Part shown: positions 51,703-64,000 of the stretch, one piece after another | Layout: every line of letters begins with the position of its first letter | Numbering within the stretch: position 1 is the stretch's first letter | Origin: Leucoraja ocellata | Lineage: Eukaryota | Assembly (NCBI GenBank): GCA_036785375.1 | Contig: JAWMAR010000005.1 | Location: 434,001-498,000 of the forward strand | Reading direction: 5' to 3' | DNA length: 64,000 nucleotides | Program-made: the position numbers and the translations under genes | The notes under the pieces: generated by a model | The model's input: only the letters and a program-made list of their open reading frames with translations | The model's database searches: none | Told to the model about the DNA's origin: nothing

Positions 51703-52469
51703 ATATAACCATATAACCATATAACAATCACAGCACGGAAACAGGCCATCTCGACCCTTCTAGTCCGTGCCAAACACATAATCTCCCCTAGTCCCATATA
51801 CCTGCGCTCAGACCATAACCCTCCATTCCCTTCCCATCCATATAACTATCCAATTTATTTTTAAATGATAAAAACGAACCTGCCTCCACCACCTTCACTG
51901 GAAGCTCATTCCACACAGCTACCACTCTCTGAGTAAAGAAGTTCCCCCTCATGTTACCCCTAAACTTCAGGCCCTTAATTCTCAAGTCATGTTCCCTTGT
52001 TTGAATCTTCCCTACTCTCAGTGGGAAAAGCTTTTCCACGTCAACTCTGTCTATCCCTCTCATCATTTTAAAAACCTCTATCAAGTCCCCCCTTTGCTGC
52101 GATTTCTGAGGGAATGCCGCCATCTATGGCAGTCATTTTTGGCCACCTCGCTCAGAGCCCCCCTCCGCCTTCCTGGACCGGAGGATTTTTTCCATCGATG
52201 ACAAATCAGAGAGATATTAATGTTAAAATTATATCACCATTTTCTCTGCTGCCCCTGCTGGAGGGAGGGGGAGGGACTATAAAACCAGGAAGTGGTGTGC
52301 CTCACTCAGTCTCTGCAAGATGGATGAAGCCAAAGATACACGTCTCTCTGAGCTCTGAATAACACTGAACAAATGTCTACTCAAATGTGAGTCCCCTTAA
52401 TGTGGTTTGAAAATGAAAATATGGTTTGTTTGAGTTAAAAATGCACTGCCTGCAAATGGTTGTTTAGGT

Positions 52470-52928
52470 GCTTTGTTTTGAATGTAAAAAGGCACTACTT
52501 ACTGCAAATGGTGGCTTGGGTGCTTTGGTTTGAAGTTGAAAGGCACTACTTACTGCAAATGGTGGCTTGGGTGTTTTGGCTTGAAGTTGAAAGGCACTAT
52601 TTGCTGCAAATGGTGGCTTGGGTGCTTTGGTTTGAAGTTGAAGGGCACTACTTACTGCAAATTGTGGTTTGGGTGCTTTGGCTTGATGTTAAAAGACACT
52701 ACTTGCTGCAAATGGCGGCTTGGGTGTTTTGGCTTGAAGTTGAAAGGCACTACTTGTTGCAAATGGTGGCGGGTGATTTGGCTTGAAGTTGAAAGGCACT
52801 ACTTGCTGCAAATGGTGATTTGGGTGCTTTGGCTTGAAGTTGAAAGGCATTACTTACTGCAAATGGTGGCTTGGGTGCTTTGGCTTGAAGTTGAAAGGCA
52901 TTACTTGCTGCAAATGGTGGCTTGGGTG
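52470..52928. repeat. 51-bp minisatellite, resuming at 55809-55850
   Basis: Unit TTGAAGTTGAAAGGCACTACTTACTGCAAATGGTGGCTTGGGTGCTTTGGC, about 9 copies. Confidence 0.92.
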
Positions 52929-54039
52929 CTCGAAATTAGCAGTTGCCCGGGTGCCATTGACTACCCAAAGTGCCACCGGGCAACCTAAACACCGAGTCAT
53001 TTCGCCCAGCTTGGCAACCAAATACTGGTTTATTCCAATAGACACAAAAAACTGAGTAACTCCGCAGGTCAGGCAGCATCTCTGGAGAATAGGAACGTGA
53101 CGTTTCGTGTCGGCGGCGGTGGCTGTGCAGGTCAAGGATACTAGGTGCATGGTGACGAAGGGTCGGAGCGAATGACGGGCCCTGAACAGTGGCAACAGCG
53201 GCCGTGACAGCGGCTCCACCGCCTCCTCCTCCCGCACCCCACCCGGTGGAAGGAGGCCTCCCTCTCCCTCTCCCTCCTTCCCTCCTCCCGGCCTCGGCGT
53301 GCGAGAGGGGTTGTTTGGCGGATTTGCAAGCAGCGGCCGCTATCACCCTGGTAACGGCCGCTATTGCCCTGATAGCAGCCGCTACATGCAAATCCGCCAA
53401 CGGTCCTTTCAAAACAACCCTTCTCGCACGAGGAGGGAAGGAGGGAGGGCAGGGCCTCCTTCCGCCATCTGAAGCAGCTGCACCAAAGATCCTATAGCTA
53501 TAGGATCTTTGAGCTGCACCGCTCGGCCCTGAACCATGCTGTCGGCTGGCGGAGGAGGGGAGGCGGTGGCGAGGTGGCGCCGGCACTTTGACGTTGGACA
53601 GGGACGGCCAAGGCAGAGGGGCGATGTTGTCCGAGGAGCGCTGATCTTCCTTCCACCCCACCTCCTCTGCCCCTTCCCCCCCCCTCTCCCTCGCTCTCTT
53701 GTATGCCCCCCTCCACCCCTCTTATCCTGGGACCCCTCCTCTCCATCCCGCACTGATCCCCATTCCCTCCTTTATTCAGTCCTCACTGACATCCCCTGTG
53801 CTCCCCTCCCCATCTACCCCTCCCCCACAATCTATTCATCACCCTACCCACCTTGCATTGATTCTCCTGCCACCCCCCATCCATCCTACACTGGTCCCCC
53901 AATTCATTCTGTACTGACCCCCCCTTCCCATCCATCCTGCACTTCTCCCCCCATTCATACTGTACTGATCCTCACATTCATCCCGTACTGACCCACCCTC
54001 CATTTACCCTGCACCAATCCCCCATCCATCCAGTAGCGA

Positions 54040-54400
54040 TCTCCCCATTCATCTTTTACTGATCCCCCATTCATCCTGTACTGATCCCCTCATGCATCCT
54101 GTACTGATCCCCTCATGCATCCTGTACTGATCCCCTCATGCATCCTGTACTGATCCCCTCATTCATCCCATACTGATCCCCCATTCATCCTGTACTGATC
54201 CCCTCATGCATCCTGTACTGATCCCCTCATTCATCCCATACTGATCCCCCATTCATCCCATACTGATCCCCCATTCATCCTATACTGATCCCCCATTCAT
54301 CCCATACTGATCCCCTCATTCATCCCATACTGATCCCCCATTCATCCTATACTGATCCCCTCATTCATCCTGTAGTGAACCCCCATTCATCCTGCACAGA
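54040..54400. repeat. 22-23-bp minisatellite
   Basis: (CATTCATCCCATACTGATCCCC[T/C])n. Confidence 0.92.
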
Positions 54401-54489
54401 CCCTCCGATCCACACTGTCCTGACCCCCCCCCCCATTCATCATGTACTGACCCACCCCCCCCCCGTTCAAGAAGAATGGGGGGAACAGT

Positions 54490-54517
54490 CTGAAGAAGGG
54501 TCTCGACCCGAAACGTT
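54490..54517 (+). ncRNA. Minimal hammerhead ribozyme core in a Penelope terminal repeat (best-preserved copy)
   Basis: CTGAAGA-A-GGGT-CTCG-ACCC-GAAACGTT: conserved CUGANGA and GAAA boxes, stem II, palindromic ACGU. Stem I is weak. Confidence 0.55.
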
Positions 54518-55407
54518 GCCTATTTCCTTCGCTCCATAGATGCTGCCTAAACCGCTAAGTTTCACCAGCATTTTTGTCTACCCCCATTCATCCTGTACTG
54601 AACCCCCCATTCAACACCACTGACTTCCCCCGTACTCTCCCCTCACAATTTTACATACTCCAACCAACACGTACTAATTCACCTGCCTCAATCCATCCAT
54701 TCCAATTGCCTTCTCAACCGCCCCCCCCCCCCCCCACCCCCCCCGCCATCTATCCACCCCGCACTGTCACACACCCCATGACCCTATTGTGCTTCATGGT
54801 CTTCAGAGCGAACATTGACCATGTTTGATAACGGAATGCAATCAAATGTGTTTTAATTCCCAATGTTATTATTTGTTTTTACACCTTTAAACATATTACC
54901 AAAAGAACATTTGCTGCAGTTATGTACTTTGGCCATCTCTTGTCAGATCGTGTAATGTTTAACCTGTCAGATGGGTATAGGCGGTTTTAACAGCTATAAT
55001 CACAAAATGCCTTTAGAAATTTCCTTGCAACCTGTATATTTTATTATGGATAAGATATGTGGGAAGCGAGAGTGTTTCTGTACCAATAGCAATAACGACC
55101 CATGCTAAGGCCATGTCATGATAATTTTCGGTCTTTCACAGAGAAACATGCTTGCATCAATCGGTAGTGTTCATGGTTAAGCATGGTCCAGGATTTATTG
55201 ACACAGGTTGATCATGTGCTGAATAATCCAACCACATTTTTGTTTGGAAGTGGAAAGAACTAATAGAAATTGCATTAATTGCAATGTGTAAAAAGAGTTG
55301 AAATATTGTATTATAATTTTGCTGCATGTCATCATGGTATGTATCATGTCTTGATTGGTGAATATGTTTAGTTTGTGAGTTATTTGAAGCAAAAATAACA
55401 TGTGAAT

Positions 55408-55625
55408 GTAGACAAGAGTGCTGGAGAAACTCAGTGGATGCGGCAGCATCTATGGAGCGAAGGAAATAGGCAAAGTTTTGGGCCAAAACCCTTCTTCAGA
55501 CTGATGGGTTTCGGCCCGAAACGTTGCCTATTTCCTTCACTCCATAGATGCTGCTGCACCCGCTGAGTTCCTCCAGCACTTTTGTCTACCTTTGAAATTC
55601 CAGCATCTGCAGTTCCTTCTTGAAC
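55408..55625. repeat. Inverted (head-to-head) pair of Penelope terminal repeats; similar pairs at ~13270-13395, 21552-21700 and 62565-62765
   Basis: ~55408-55490 is the reverse complement of ~55506-55590. Confidence 0.75.
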
Positions 55626-56214
55626 ATAATATGTGAATGCTTCATTGAGCATAATTCCGACCGGTAACTACGCACTTCGTTCGAGCACATTATCGAACGC
55701 GTCATGCAAACCGTCTTAAATGACCACCTAAACTGTCATTTGGCAACCTAAAAAGCTGTCAAGGTTGCCTGGCTGGCAACAGAGAAAAAAAGTTAAGTGA
55801 GAGCCCTGCTTGGGTGCTTTGGCTTGAAGTTGAAAAGCACTACTGCAAATGCACTGTTTGCACTGTATATTGATTTTAGATAAAACGCTACCACTTACGG
55901 CTGTGATTTTTGGCCATCTTACTCAGTCCCCCTCTGCTGTGCAGGTGCAGAGAATTCTTCCCATCAATGAAAAATAAAAGTGTTATTAGTTTTTTTTTAA
56001 ATGCTGAGAATCTCTCTCCTGTCAATCATGCCATGAAGGCCACACCTTTTCTGGTTGGAAGGGGAGGGGTCATAAAACCCGGAATAGTGAGTGTGGCTCA
56101 GTCTCTGCATGATGGGGGAGGGAGAGGTCACGACTCTGCCTGAGCTGTGAATCAATTGAACACACTGAATGTCTACTGAACTGTGAGTTTGGTGTTTTGT
56201 GTGGTTTTATGGTG

Positions 56215-56670
56215 GTTTCACCCTGCATGAAATGGTATGAAGCTGCATTTGAATTTGGTGCCTTGCACCCTGCTTGAAGTGGAATGAAACTGCTCTTGGA
56301 TTTGGCGGCCTTGCATCCTGCTTGAAGTGGTATGAAACTGCACTGAATTTGGTGGCCTTGCACCCTGCTGAAAGTGGTATGAAACTGCACTTGAATTTGG
56401 TGGCCTTGACCCTGCTTGAAGTGGTATGAAACTGCACTTGAATTTGGTGGCCTTGCACCATGCTTGAAGTGGTTGGAAACTGCACTTGAATTTAGTGGCC
56501 TTGCACCCTGCTTGAAGTGGTAGGAAACTGCACTTGAATTTGGTGGCCTTGCACCCTGCTCAAAGTGGTGAGAAACTGCACTTGAATTTGGTGGCCTTGA
56601 ACCCTGCTTGAAATGGTAGGAAAATGGATTTGAATTTGATGGTCTTGCACCCTGCTTGAAATGGAATTTG
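56215..56670. repeat. 48-bp minisatellite; inverted copies also at ~37118-37236
   Basis: Unit GAAACTGCACTTGAATTTGGTGGCCTTGCACCCTGCTTGAAGTGGTAT, about 9 copies. Confidence 0.92.
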
Positions 56671-57769
56671 AAGGAATAGCCATGAGTCAACTGCCATCCC
56701 ACCAGCTGTGAGTGAGCTGCCAGCAGACCAGGCTTGAGGGACTGAGCTGCCACCCCAAGAACCTATACCACCGCTCCAGGCAGCCCCCCCCCAATGGCCA
56801 CCAATATTGGAATTGGAGGAGAGGTGGAATATTGCGTCGGGGGACCAGCACTCCCGTGTGAACATGGGACCCAACGGGTCCCACTTAGTCTAGTATAATC
56901 TAAATTTCCAGAGCAGTTTACCATGAAGAAACTAACAACGTCGATGTAGAAACCGGGAACTGCAGATGCTGGTTTAGGAAGGAAATACACAAAATGCTGA
57001 AGTAACAATTATGGCTTGCCCTCAAAAACCTTTTATGTTACTTCTTCAAAAATTTTAATTCAACTTAATTTTTAAATCTTTAACCAGCAACTGCAATGCC
57101 TTGTTATTTCAAATCATTAAACTCAATTTTCTTTAATATTATCTGCCAGATGTATCTCCTGTCCCCTTATTTCCCTCATGATTTCCTTCTCGATCCTGCT
57201 CCTCAGTTCTCAAAACCGCTCGAGGGATGCACAATCTTTGCTGCCTATACCTGGCCCTTGCCTCCCCCTTCTTCCTGACAGCCTCAATTTCTCTCCTCAT
57301 CCAAGCTTCCTTACTCCCACCTGCCTTGCCTTTCACTACAACAGGAATAGGCTAACCCTGAACTCTTTTCATCACACTTGTAAAAGCCTATACTAAGCAA
57401 CTTTAGCAAGTTCCTATCAGATATACAAAGTTCGCCTTGCCCCAATTCAGAATTGTAACTAGTGGGCCAACCCTGTGGTTATCCATAACTATTTTAAAGC
57501 TAATACACCTGTGGTCGCTGGTCCCAAAAGGCTCGCCAACTTACACTTCAGTCACTTGCTCCTCCCAATTTTCCTAATAAAAGGCGAAAATTAATCAGAG
57601 CATTTGGTTTTGTTCCAACATTTGAATCTGAAAAATGTGTATGAACATCAGGAGTGACCATAAGGATTGACCCTCAGAACATCTGAAACTTGCATCTGTG
57701 ACCATATTCGATGCATCCAGAGAGAATGGTGAAAACTACTCTGGTGATCTGCCTACAGTTTGAGAGTAA

Positions 57770-57860
57770 ATTTTCAGTGGTTTCCACTGCACACTTTCCC
57801 CATGACTTCCTCTTTACATTGCACAAATTTGTGATGAAACAATCTTGTGGGGAAGTAGAA
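57770..57860 (+). promoter_or_regulatory. Candidate haematopoietic promoter with PU.1/ETS and C/EBP-like sites
   Basis: ACTTCCTCTTT (reverse complement AAAGAGGAAGT) at 57805-57815, TTGCACAA at 57819-57826, GGGGAAGT near 57849-57856, about 90-140 nt upstream of ATG 57947. Motif matches only. Confidence 0.4.
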
Positions 57861-57946
57861 GAGGACACAGTCACTTCTAAAACAACAAAGGGAACATTGG
57901 GTCTGAATGAACAGAAGTCTAATCCTTGCAAACCAAGTTTAACAAC

Positions 57947-57995
57947 ATGTTTTCACTGATATTCTCCACCTTGAGTCTGTTCCTCTGTGCAGTGG
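57947..57995 (+). CDS. Probable leader exon of a second membrane or secreted protein gene, MFSLIFSTLSLFLCAV
   Basis: ATG with A at -3, 16 hydrophobic codons + 1 nt, donor G|GTAAGT (phase 1), in non-repeat DNA just downstream of ETS/C-EBP-like motifs. The rest of the gene was not identified in the window. Confidence 0.55.
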
Positions 57996-58849
57996 GTAAG
58001 TAAAGTCCCAAGATGGGTCGCCCAGTCTGGGTTAGTTTCATCTGCTTTCAAGTTCAATTTACATATTGCAGTGATGTGTATCTAAGGTTTTACAGTTGAA
58101 TATTTCAGTTTAAAATTGAGATGTTTTGTGTTCTTAGTTGCCTGTGAGAAGGACACTGAAGTGTACTGCTCTGGGATTCCTAGCAAGAATGGATATCAAT
58201 TTGTTTCACTGCTTTACTAATCAAGGTTTAGAAGTCATCTGAGGCTGATTCATATCTGAGCAAATTATTTGGCTAAAATATCAGAAGATAGGAAAACATG
58301 TACATTCGCAACCCATATGTAAAATAAATGCATTAAACAAATGCAAGAAAGAGTGGAGATTAAACAGGCAGATGTAATGGAGGGAACAAAAGTAATGAGA
58401 TATGTGAAGGGGATATAATAACAGGAAGAGTGTTTATTTTTCATATGTGGTGGAAGTGGACTGGAGCAATTAAATTCTTACTTACTGGCTTTAGGCACAT
58501 TAATCTGTGCGGAGTTTATACATTCGCTGTGTGACCATGTGGGAGTGTTTTGGTTTCTTCCTACATCCCCAAAAAAACACGTTTGTACATTAATTGGCTT
58601 TGGTAAAATTGTAAATTGTCTCTAGTGTGTATGGGGTGATTACTGGTTGGCGTGTACTCAGTGGGCCAAAGGGGTTGGTTCCACGCTGTATCTCTATAGT
58701 AAATATTAGTCCGAACAGCAACAACAAGTGTGCCATAACTTATTTAACTAAACTAGATGATGATAAAGCATTATCAAAGTATGTGGAGTAACCACAGTCG
58801 TGCAAGGTCTGTTCAGTGGTGAGAAGGGTTGTGGTTAGAGTGTACAAAT

Positions 58850-60185
58850 TAATTCAAAAACATGTTGGTTGATTGGATAAAGCTGTTCTTGAACATGGTG
58901 GTAACAGTTCTCGGGCTCCAGCACCTGCTTCCCGATGATAGCAGTGAGAAGAGAGCGTGGGCTGGATGGTGTGGGTCTTGACAATATTAGCTGTCTTCTT
59001 GAGGCAGCGCTTCCTGTAGTTCCCTTTGATGGTGTGGAGGTCAGTGTCGATGATGGACTGGGCAATATCCACTGCTTATTGTTGCCTCCTTCAATCCTGA
59101 CCATTCAAATTTTTGAACAAGGCCATGATGCAACTAGCTAGTAACCTGTCCACTGTACACTTGTGGAGGTTTGATAGAGTATTGGGCAACGTGCCAAATC
59201 TCCTCAAACCTCTGAGGAAGTAGAAGCATTGGCGAGCTTTCTTTGAGATTGCACCAGTGCGCTGGGCTCAGGACAGACCATCAGAGATGTGACCCAGGAA
59301 CATGAAGCCTTTAACTCTTTCTCCATTGCCATTCCACCAACATGGACAGGTGCATAGTCCCTCTGCTTTCTCTTCCTGAAGTCAATAACCTGCTCCTTTT
59401 TCTTGCGGATGCTGAGAGCAAAATTCTTGTTCTGATACCATTCCACTAAATTATCGATCTCCCTCCAGTACCCTGATTCAGCGTTGGCCATTAATCATCC
59501 AAGGATGGTGGTATCATTGGAGAATTTAAAGATGGCTTTGGAGCTGCGTCTGGCTACACAGTCATGGGTATACAGAGGGTAGAGCAGGGGTTTGAACACA
59601 CAGCCTTGAGGTGCCCCTGTGCTGATGGTCAAGGAGGTGGAGATATTGTTGTCAATACATACTGACTGAGGTCCGCCAAAGGGGAAGTCAAGCAACCAGT
59701 TGAATAGAGTGGAGCAGAGACCCTGATCCCTGAGTTTGGACAGGATTTGAAATTCTTGCTTTGCTTCAGCACACAGAACATAATAGGCATTGACTACAAA
59801 ACATATGAATAAATAAACTGATAAAGTGCAAATAACAAACAATGGGTTATTAATGTTCAGAGTTTTGGCCGAGCCAGGTTTAATAGCCTGATGGCTCTGG
59901 GGAAGTAGCTATTCCTGAACCTGGTTGTTGCAGTCTTCAGGCTCCTGTAACTTCTACCTGAAGGTAGCAGGGAGATGAGTGTGTGGCCAGGATGGTGTGG
60001 GTCTTTGATGATACTGCCACCCTTTTTGAAGCAGCGACTTTGATAAATCCCCTCGATGGAAGGAAGGTCAGAGCCGATGATGGACTGGGCAGTGTTTACT
60101 ACTTTTTAAGTCCCTTCCTCTCCAGGGCGCTCAAGTTGCCAAACCAAGCCATGATGCAACCGGTCAGCATGCTTTCTACTTTGCA
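58850..60185 (-). mobile_element. Two adjacent Rex/Babar-type LINE fragments
   Basis: TGAPQGCV and KFSNDTT remnants. 59745-60185 is nearly identical to ~1968-2395. Confidence 0.8.
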
Positions 60186-60928
60186 GCTGTCGAAGTGCAG
60201 GATGGAACTGCAGATGCTGATTTAAACCGAAGATAGACACAAAAAGCTGGAGTAACTCAATGGGTCAGGCAGCATCTCTGAAGAAAAGGAATAGGTGACG
60301 TTTTGGGTCGAGACCCTTCTTCAGATTGAGAGTGTGGGGAATGGGAAACGAGGAATATAGATGGTGATATGGAATGATGTAGAACTAGGATCAGTCTAAC
60401 CTATCTGTGCCGACCAAGATGCCCTATCAAAGCTAGTCACATTTGCCCATGTTTGTTCACATCCCTCAAACCGTTTCCTATATGTGTTTGTCCAAATGCC
60501 TTATAAATGTTGAATTGCACATGACTCAAACACTTCCTCTGTCAGCATGTTCCATGTACAAAACACCACCTACAGGCCCTTCTACTTCCTATTAAATTAT
60601 TCCCCTCTCACTTTAAACCTATGCTCTCTTGTTTTTGATTACCCTCCCCTGGGAAAAAAGACTGTGTGCTTTCATCCTATCTATGTCCCTCACAGTCATG
60701 GGGTAAGTCATTGTGGTCAGACTGTGAAAGATGGGATTTATTGAGGGGAAAATCTGTCAACATATAATTTAGATCCATCAACATCAATGCATTTTATCAA
60801 AAGGCTATTTTGTGACATTGTTAGCTGGTATATACGTATTAATTATTTAGGTATCCCTATATCATGCCACTGTTGCCTTTACTCACGACCAACCTCAAAC
60901 AACTGACTTACTTTACTGGATCTTCCAG

Positions 60929-60970
60929 TGTTTATTCCACAACTCCTTAGCTTCCTCGACTTCCTCCACA
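60929..60970 (+). other. Candidate 42-nt mini-exon
   Basis: Branch-like CTGAC, acceptor tcttccag|, donor A|GTAAGT. Length is a multiple of 3 and it is open in phase 1 (VFIPQLLSFLDFLH). Confidence 0.3.
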
Positions 60971-63085
60971 GTAAGTACCAATGAGAAATATTAATTTAGG
61001 ACCTCATATGCCGCTTAAGAATCCAAGCATAGATGACTACATTGCTCCTTAAATGGACATATTCTCTCACTTTTTACTCTTTTGCTCTCCATTTACTGTA
61101 CTTACAGAATCTCTTAGGATTCTAATTGACTTACCTGCCAAAGCTATCCCATGTCCTCTTCTTGAACTCTAAATTCCCTTCTTGTGTACTGAGTCCTTAA
61201 ACTCATCAAGAGTTTTGCTTAATCCCAAACTAACCACAATTCCTGCACATTGTAGGTGTCCCTCTATTCACTGCCTGTTGATGTCTTTCTGAATTCCTCT
61301 GAAACATTCTCTCATATCTACTTTCACCATTTACTTTAGCAGAACCACTGTGCAAAAATAATGACCTTGTAACTCTCCTTTGAACTTTCGCCCTCTCACC
61401 CTTAAAGCATTGTCCTCTAATATTTGATGTTTCTTTCTCAAATAGGACAGTTCATCTACTCTATCTATGCCTCTCATCATTTTATAAACTATCAGGTCAA
61501 CCCTCAGCCCCCAATGCCCCAGAGAAAACAAAACCTGATGTCCAACCTCTCCTTATAGCTGATACACAGACAGATCCAGGTGAACCTTTCCTGCTCCATC
61601 ACCAAAGCCTCCTCATCTGTTCTGTAATGGAGCAACCTGAAGTGCACACAATACTAAATGAGGCCTCACTGGCTTTATAAAGCTGCAACATGACTTGTCA
61701 ACTTTCATACTCAACACTATGACCAATAAAGGCAAGTCGGTGTGGGTTTAGTATTGTCATGTGTAATGAAAAGCTTTGTTTCCAGACAAATCACACTTTC
61801 CATGAGTACACTCTAGTCACACACAAGTACAACAGGTAGTGTAAAGAGAAAATTACCAGAGCACAGCATGATAGCATTACGGTTATAGTCATACTGACCA
61901 ACTGGCCCATGCCAACCAACATGCCCCATCTAAATTAGTGCCACCTGCCTCTGTTTGGCCCATATCCCTCCATACATCCTATCCAAGTACCTGTCCAAAT
62001 GTTTTTGAAACATTGTGATAATGCCACAGCTACCTCCTCTGGCAGCTCCTACCATACACCTACCACCCTTTGTGTAAAAACATTGTCCCTCAGGTTCCTG
62101 TTAAATCTTTCCCACCTCACCTTAAATCTATGTCCTCTGGTTCTTGAAGTTACAGAGAAAAAAATCTTAAGATCGGCAATGAGATAATTTGGAAGATTGG
62201 GCCGACACCCCAGCTTAAGGGAGTTCTGTTCAGTAGTCTGATAACAGTGGGGAAGAGATTGTTCCTGAATCTGGTGGTATGTAGTTTCAAGCTTTTATAT
62301 CTTCTGCCTGAAGAGAGAAGGAAGAAGAGGGAATAACTGGGGTAAAAAAGATCCTTGACTATGTTAGCTGCCTTCCCAAGGCAGCATGAAGTGTAGTTGT
62401 AGTCGATGGGAGAGGGTGGCTGAATTGTAATAAACTGTAATCCACAACTCCACATTCTTGCAATCTTGTGTAGACGATGCCAAACCAAGCTGTGATGCAT
62501 CTAGCTAGGATGCTTTCCACAATTCCAGCTAATCTTTAATGCAGTGCCAAACATTTGTGTCTCAATAGACACAAAAAGCTGGAATAACTCCATGGGTCAA
62601 ACAGCATCTCTGGAGAAAAGGAATAGGTGATGTTTCGGATCGAGACCCTTCTTTGGTCTGAAGATGTGTCTCACCCAAAATGTCACCTAATTTTCCATAA
62701 ATGCTCCCTGTTACTACAGCTTTTTGTATCTATCTTTGGTGTAAATCAGCATCTGCAGTTTCTTCCAACACCCTTGTGTCTTTATGAGCCTTTTGTCACT
62801 TTTGGTGTCTCTAAATGCTTTTTACAGACACCAATTGCTCCCTATGGACTGCTCTAACTCATTAACTAATATCTGCAAATGAATAATACAAAAAAAGACA
62901 AAACCAATGCCCCCAAGTCTAAGTAGTTCTGAGCCTATTTGGAGGATGTAATGTTTAATAGTCTGTGGGTGCAGGGAAGAAGCTGTTCCTGAACCTGGAC
63001 ATTTACAATTTTCAGGATCTTATATCTTCTTCCTGATGGCAGGAGTGAAATGCGCGTGTGGCCAGGGTAGTGATGCTGGCTTTAT

Positions 63086-64000
63086 TTAGATGAAGGGATT
63101 AAAAGTAACATTAGCAAATTTGCAGATGACACAAAGCTGGGTGGCAGTGTGAACTGTGAGGAGGATGCTATGAGAATGCATGGTGACTTGGACAGGTTGG
63201 GTGAGTGGGCAGGTGCAGTTTAATGTGAATAAATGTGAGGTTATCCACTTTGGTAGCAAAAACAGGAAGGCAATTACTATCTTAAATGGTGTCAACTTGG
63301 GAAAAGGGGAAGTACAATGGTATCCGGGCGTCCTTGTTCATCAGTCAATTAAAGTAAGCATGCATGTACAGCAGGCAGTGAAGAAAGCGAATGGCATGTT
63401 GGCCTTCATAACAAGAGTTGAATATAGGAGCAAAGAGGTCCTTCTGCCGTTGTATAGGCCCCTAGTACGACCACACCTGGAGTATTGTGTGCAGTTTTGG
63501 TCCCCTAATTTGAGGAAGGATATTCTTGCTATTGAGGGAGTACAGCGTCGGTTTACAAGGTTAATTCCTGGGATGGTGAGGCTGTCATATGCTGAGAGAA
63601 TGGAGCGGCTGGGCTTGCATACTCTGGAGTTTAGAAGGATGAGAGTGGATCTTCTTGAACCATATAACATTATTACGGGTTTGGACACGCTAGAGGCAGG
63701 AAACATGTTCCTTATGTTGGGGGAGTCCAGAACCAGGGGCCACAGTTTAAGAATAAGGTGTAAGCCATTTAGAACAGAGATGAGGAAACACTTTTTCTCA
63801 CAGAGAGTTGTGAGTCTGTGCAATCTCTGCCTCAGAGGGTGGTGGAGGCCAGTTCTCTGGATACTTTCAATAGAGAGCTAGATAGGGTACTAAAGGATAG
63901 CAGAGTCAGGCGATATGGGGAGAAGGCAGGAACGGGGTACTGATTGCGGATGAACAGCCATGATCACATTGTATGGGGGTGCTGGCTCGAAGGATCGAAT
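63086..64000 (+). mobile_element. CR1 3' fragment; further CR1 fragments at ~36055-36430, 42490-42815, 49840-50607 and 51705-52095 on the minus strand
   Basis: RT C-terminal motifs in ORF 63180-63881. Confidence 0.88.

Larger units (their letters stand above)
52929..55808. mobile_element. hAT-like non-autonomous DNA element splitting the 51-bp minisatellite
   Basis: 8-bp flanking duplication CTTGGGTG (52921-52928, 55809-55816). Right end is GAGCCCTG; the left TIR appears to lack its first 5 nt. GGCAAC subterminal motifs occur at both ends. Confidence 0.6.
50608..56893 (+). mobile_element. Non-autonomous Helitron with internal minisatellites and nested insertions
   Basis: 3' hairpin TGGGACCC-AAC-GGGTCCCA (56865-56883) followed by CTAG (56890-56893). 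It sits between A and T of an interrupted CR1 (GGATCCCA|TATAATCTAA) with no TSD. The 5' end reads CTATATTACTAAAA, lacking the canonical first T. Confidence 0.75.

Noticed and set aside
52460-52988. Repeat-protein ORFs or a CRISPR-like array
   Set aside because: These are 51-bp and 48-bp (56215-56670) head-to-tail minisatellites without unique spacers, inside a Helitron. Unit lengths divisible by 3 create the ORFs.

Overview
Repeat-dense vertebrate genomic DNA, most likely from a cartilaginous fish and probably a skate or ray; this is inferred from the CR1/HER1-type LINEs, V-SINE/HE1-like SINEs, Rex/Babar, Penelope and DIRS content. The main gene is a complete 11-exon, + strand immunoglobulin-superfamily receptor gene at 5137-30483, only partly captured by the ORF track. 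It has a leader exon, six tandem antigen-receptor-like V domains each with its J-like strand already joined in the germline (no RSS, no C domains), an uncharged transmembrane exon and three cytoplasmic exons ending in ITIM (ILYADI) and ITSM (TEYAAI) motifs. All splice phases close: 716 aa if the frameshifted V5 exon is skipped, 832 aa if that frameshift is an assembly error. The ectodomain grew by a recent ~7-8 kb internal tandem duplication. A probable leader exon of a second gene, with PU.1/C-EBP-like promoter motifs, lies at 57947. The rest is mostly mobile DNA: a structurally complete but decayed DIRS element, a near full-length CR1, a non-autonomous Helitron holding a multi-level nest of elements, and Penelope-like fragments whose ends carry hammerhead-ribozyme cores.
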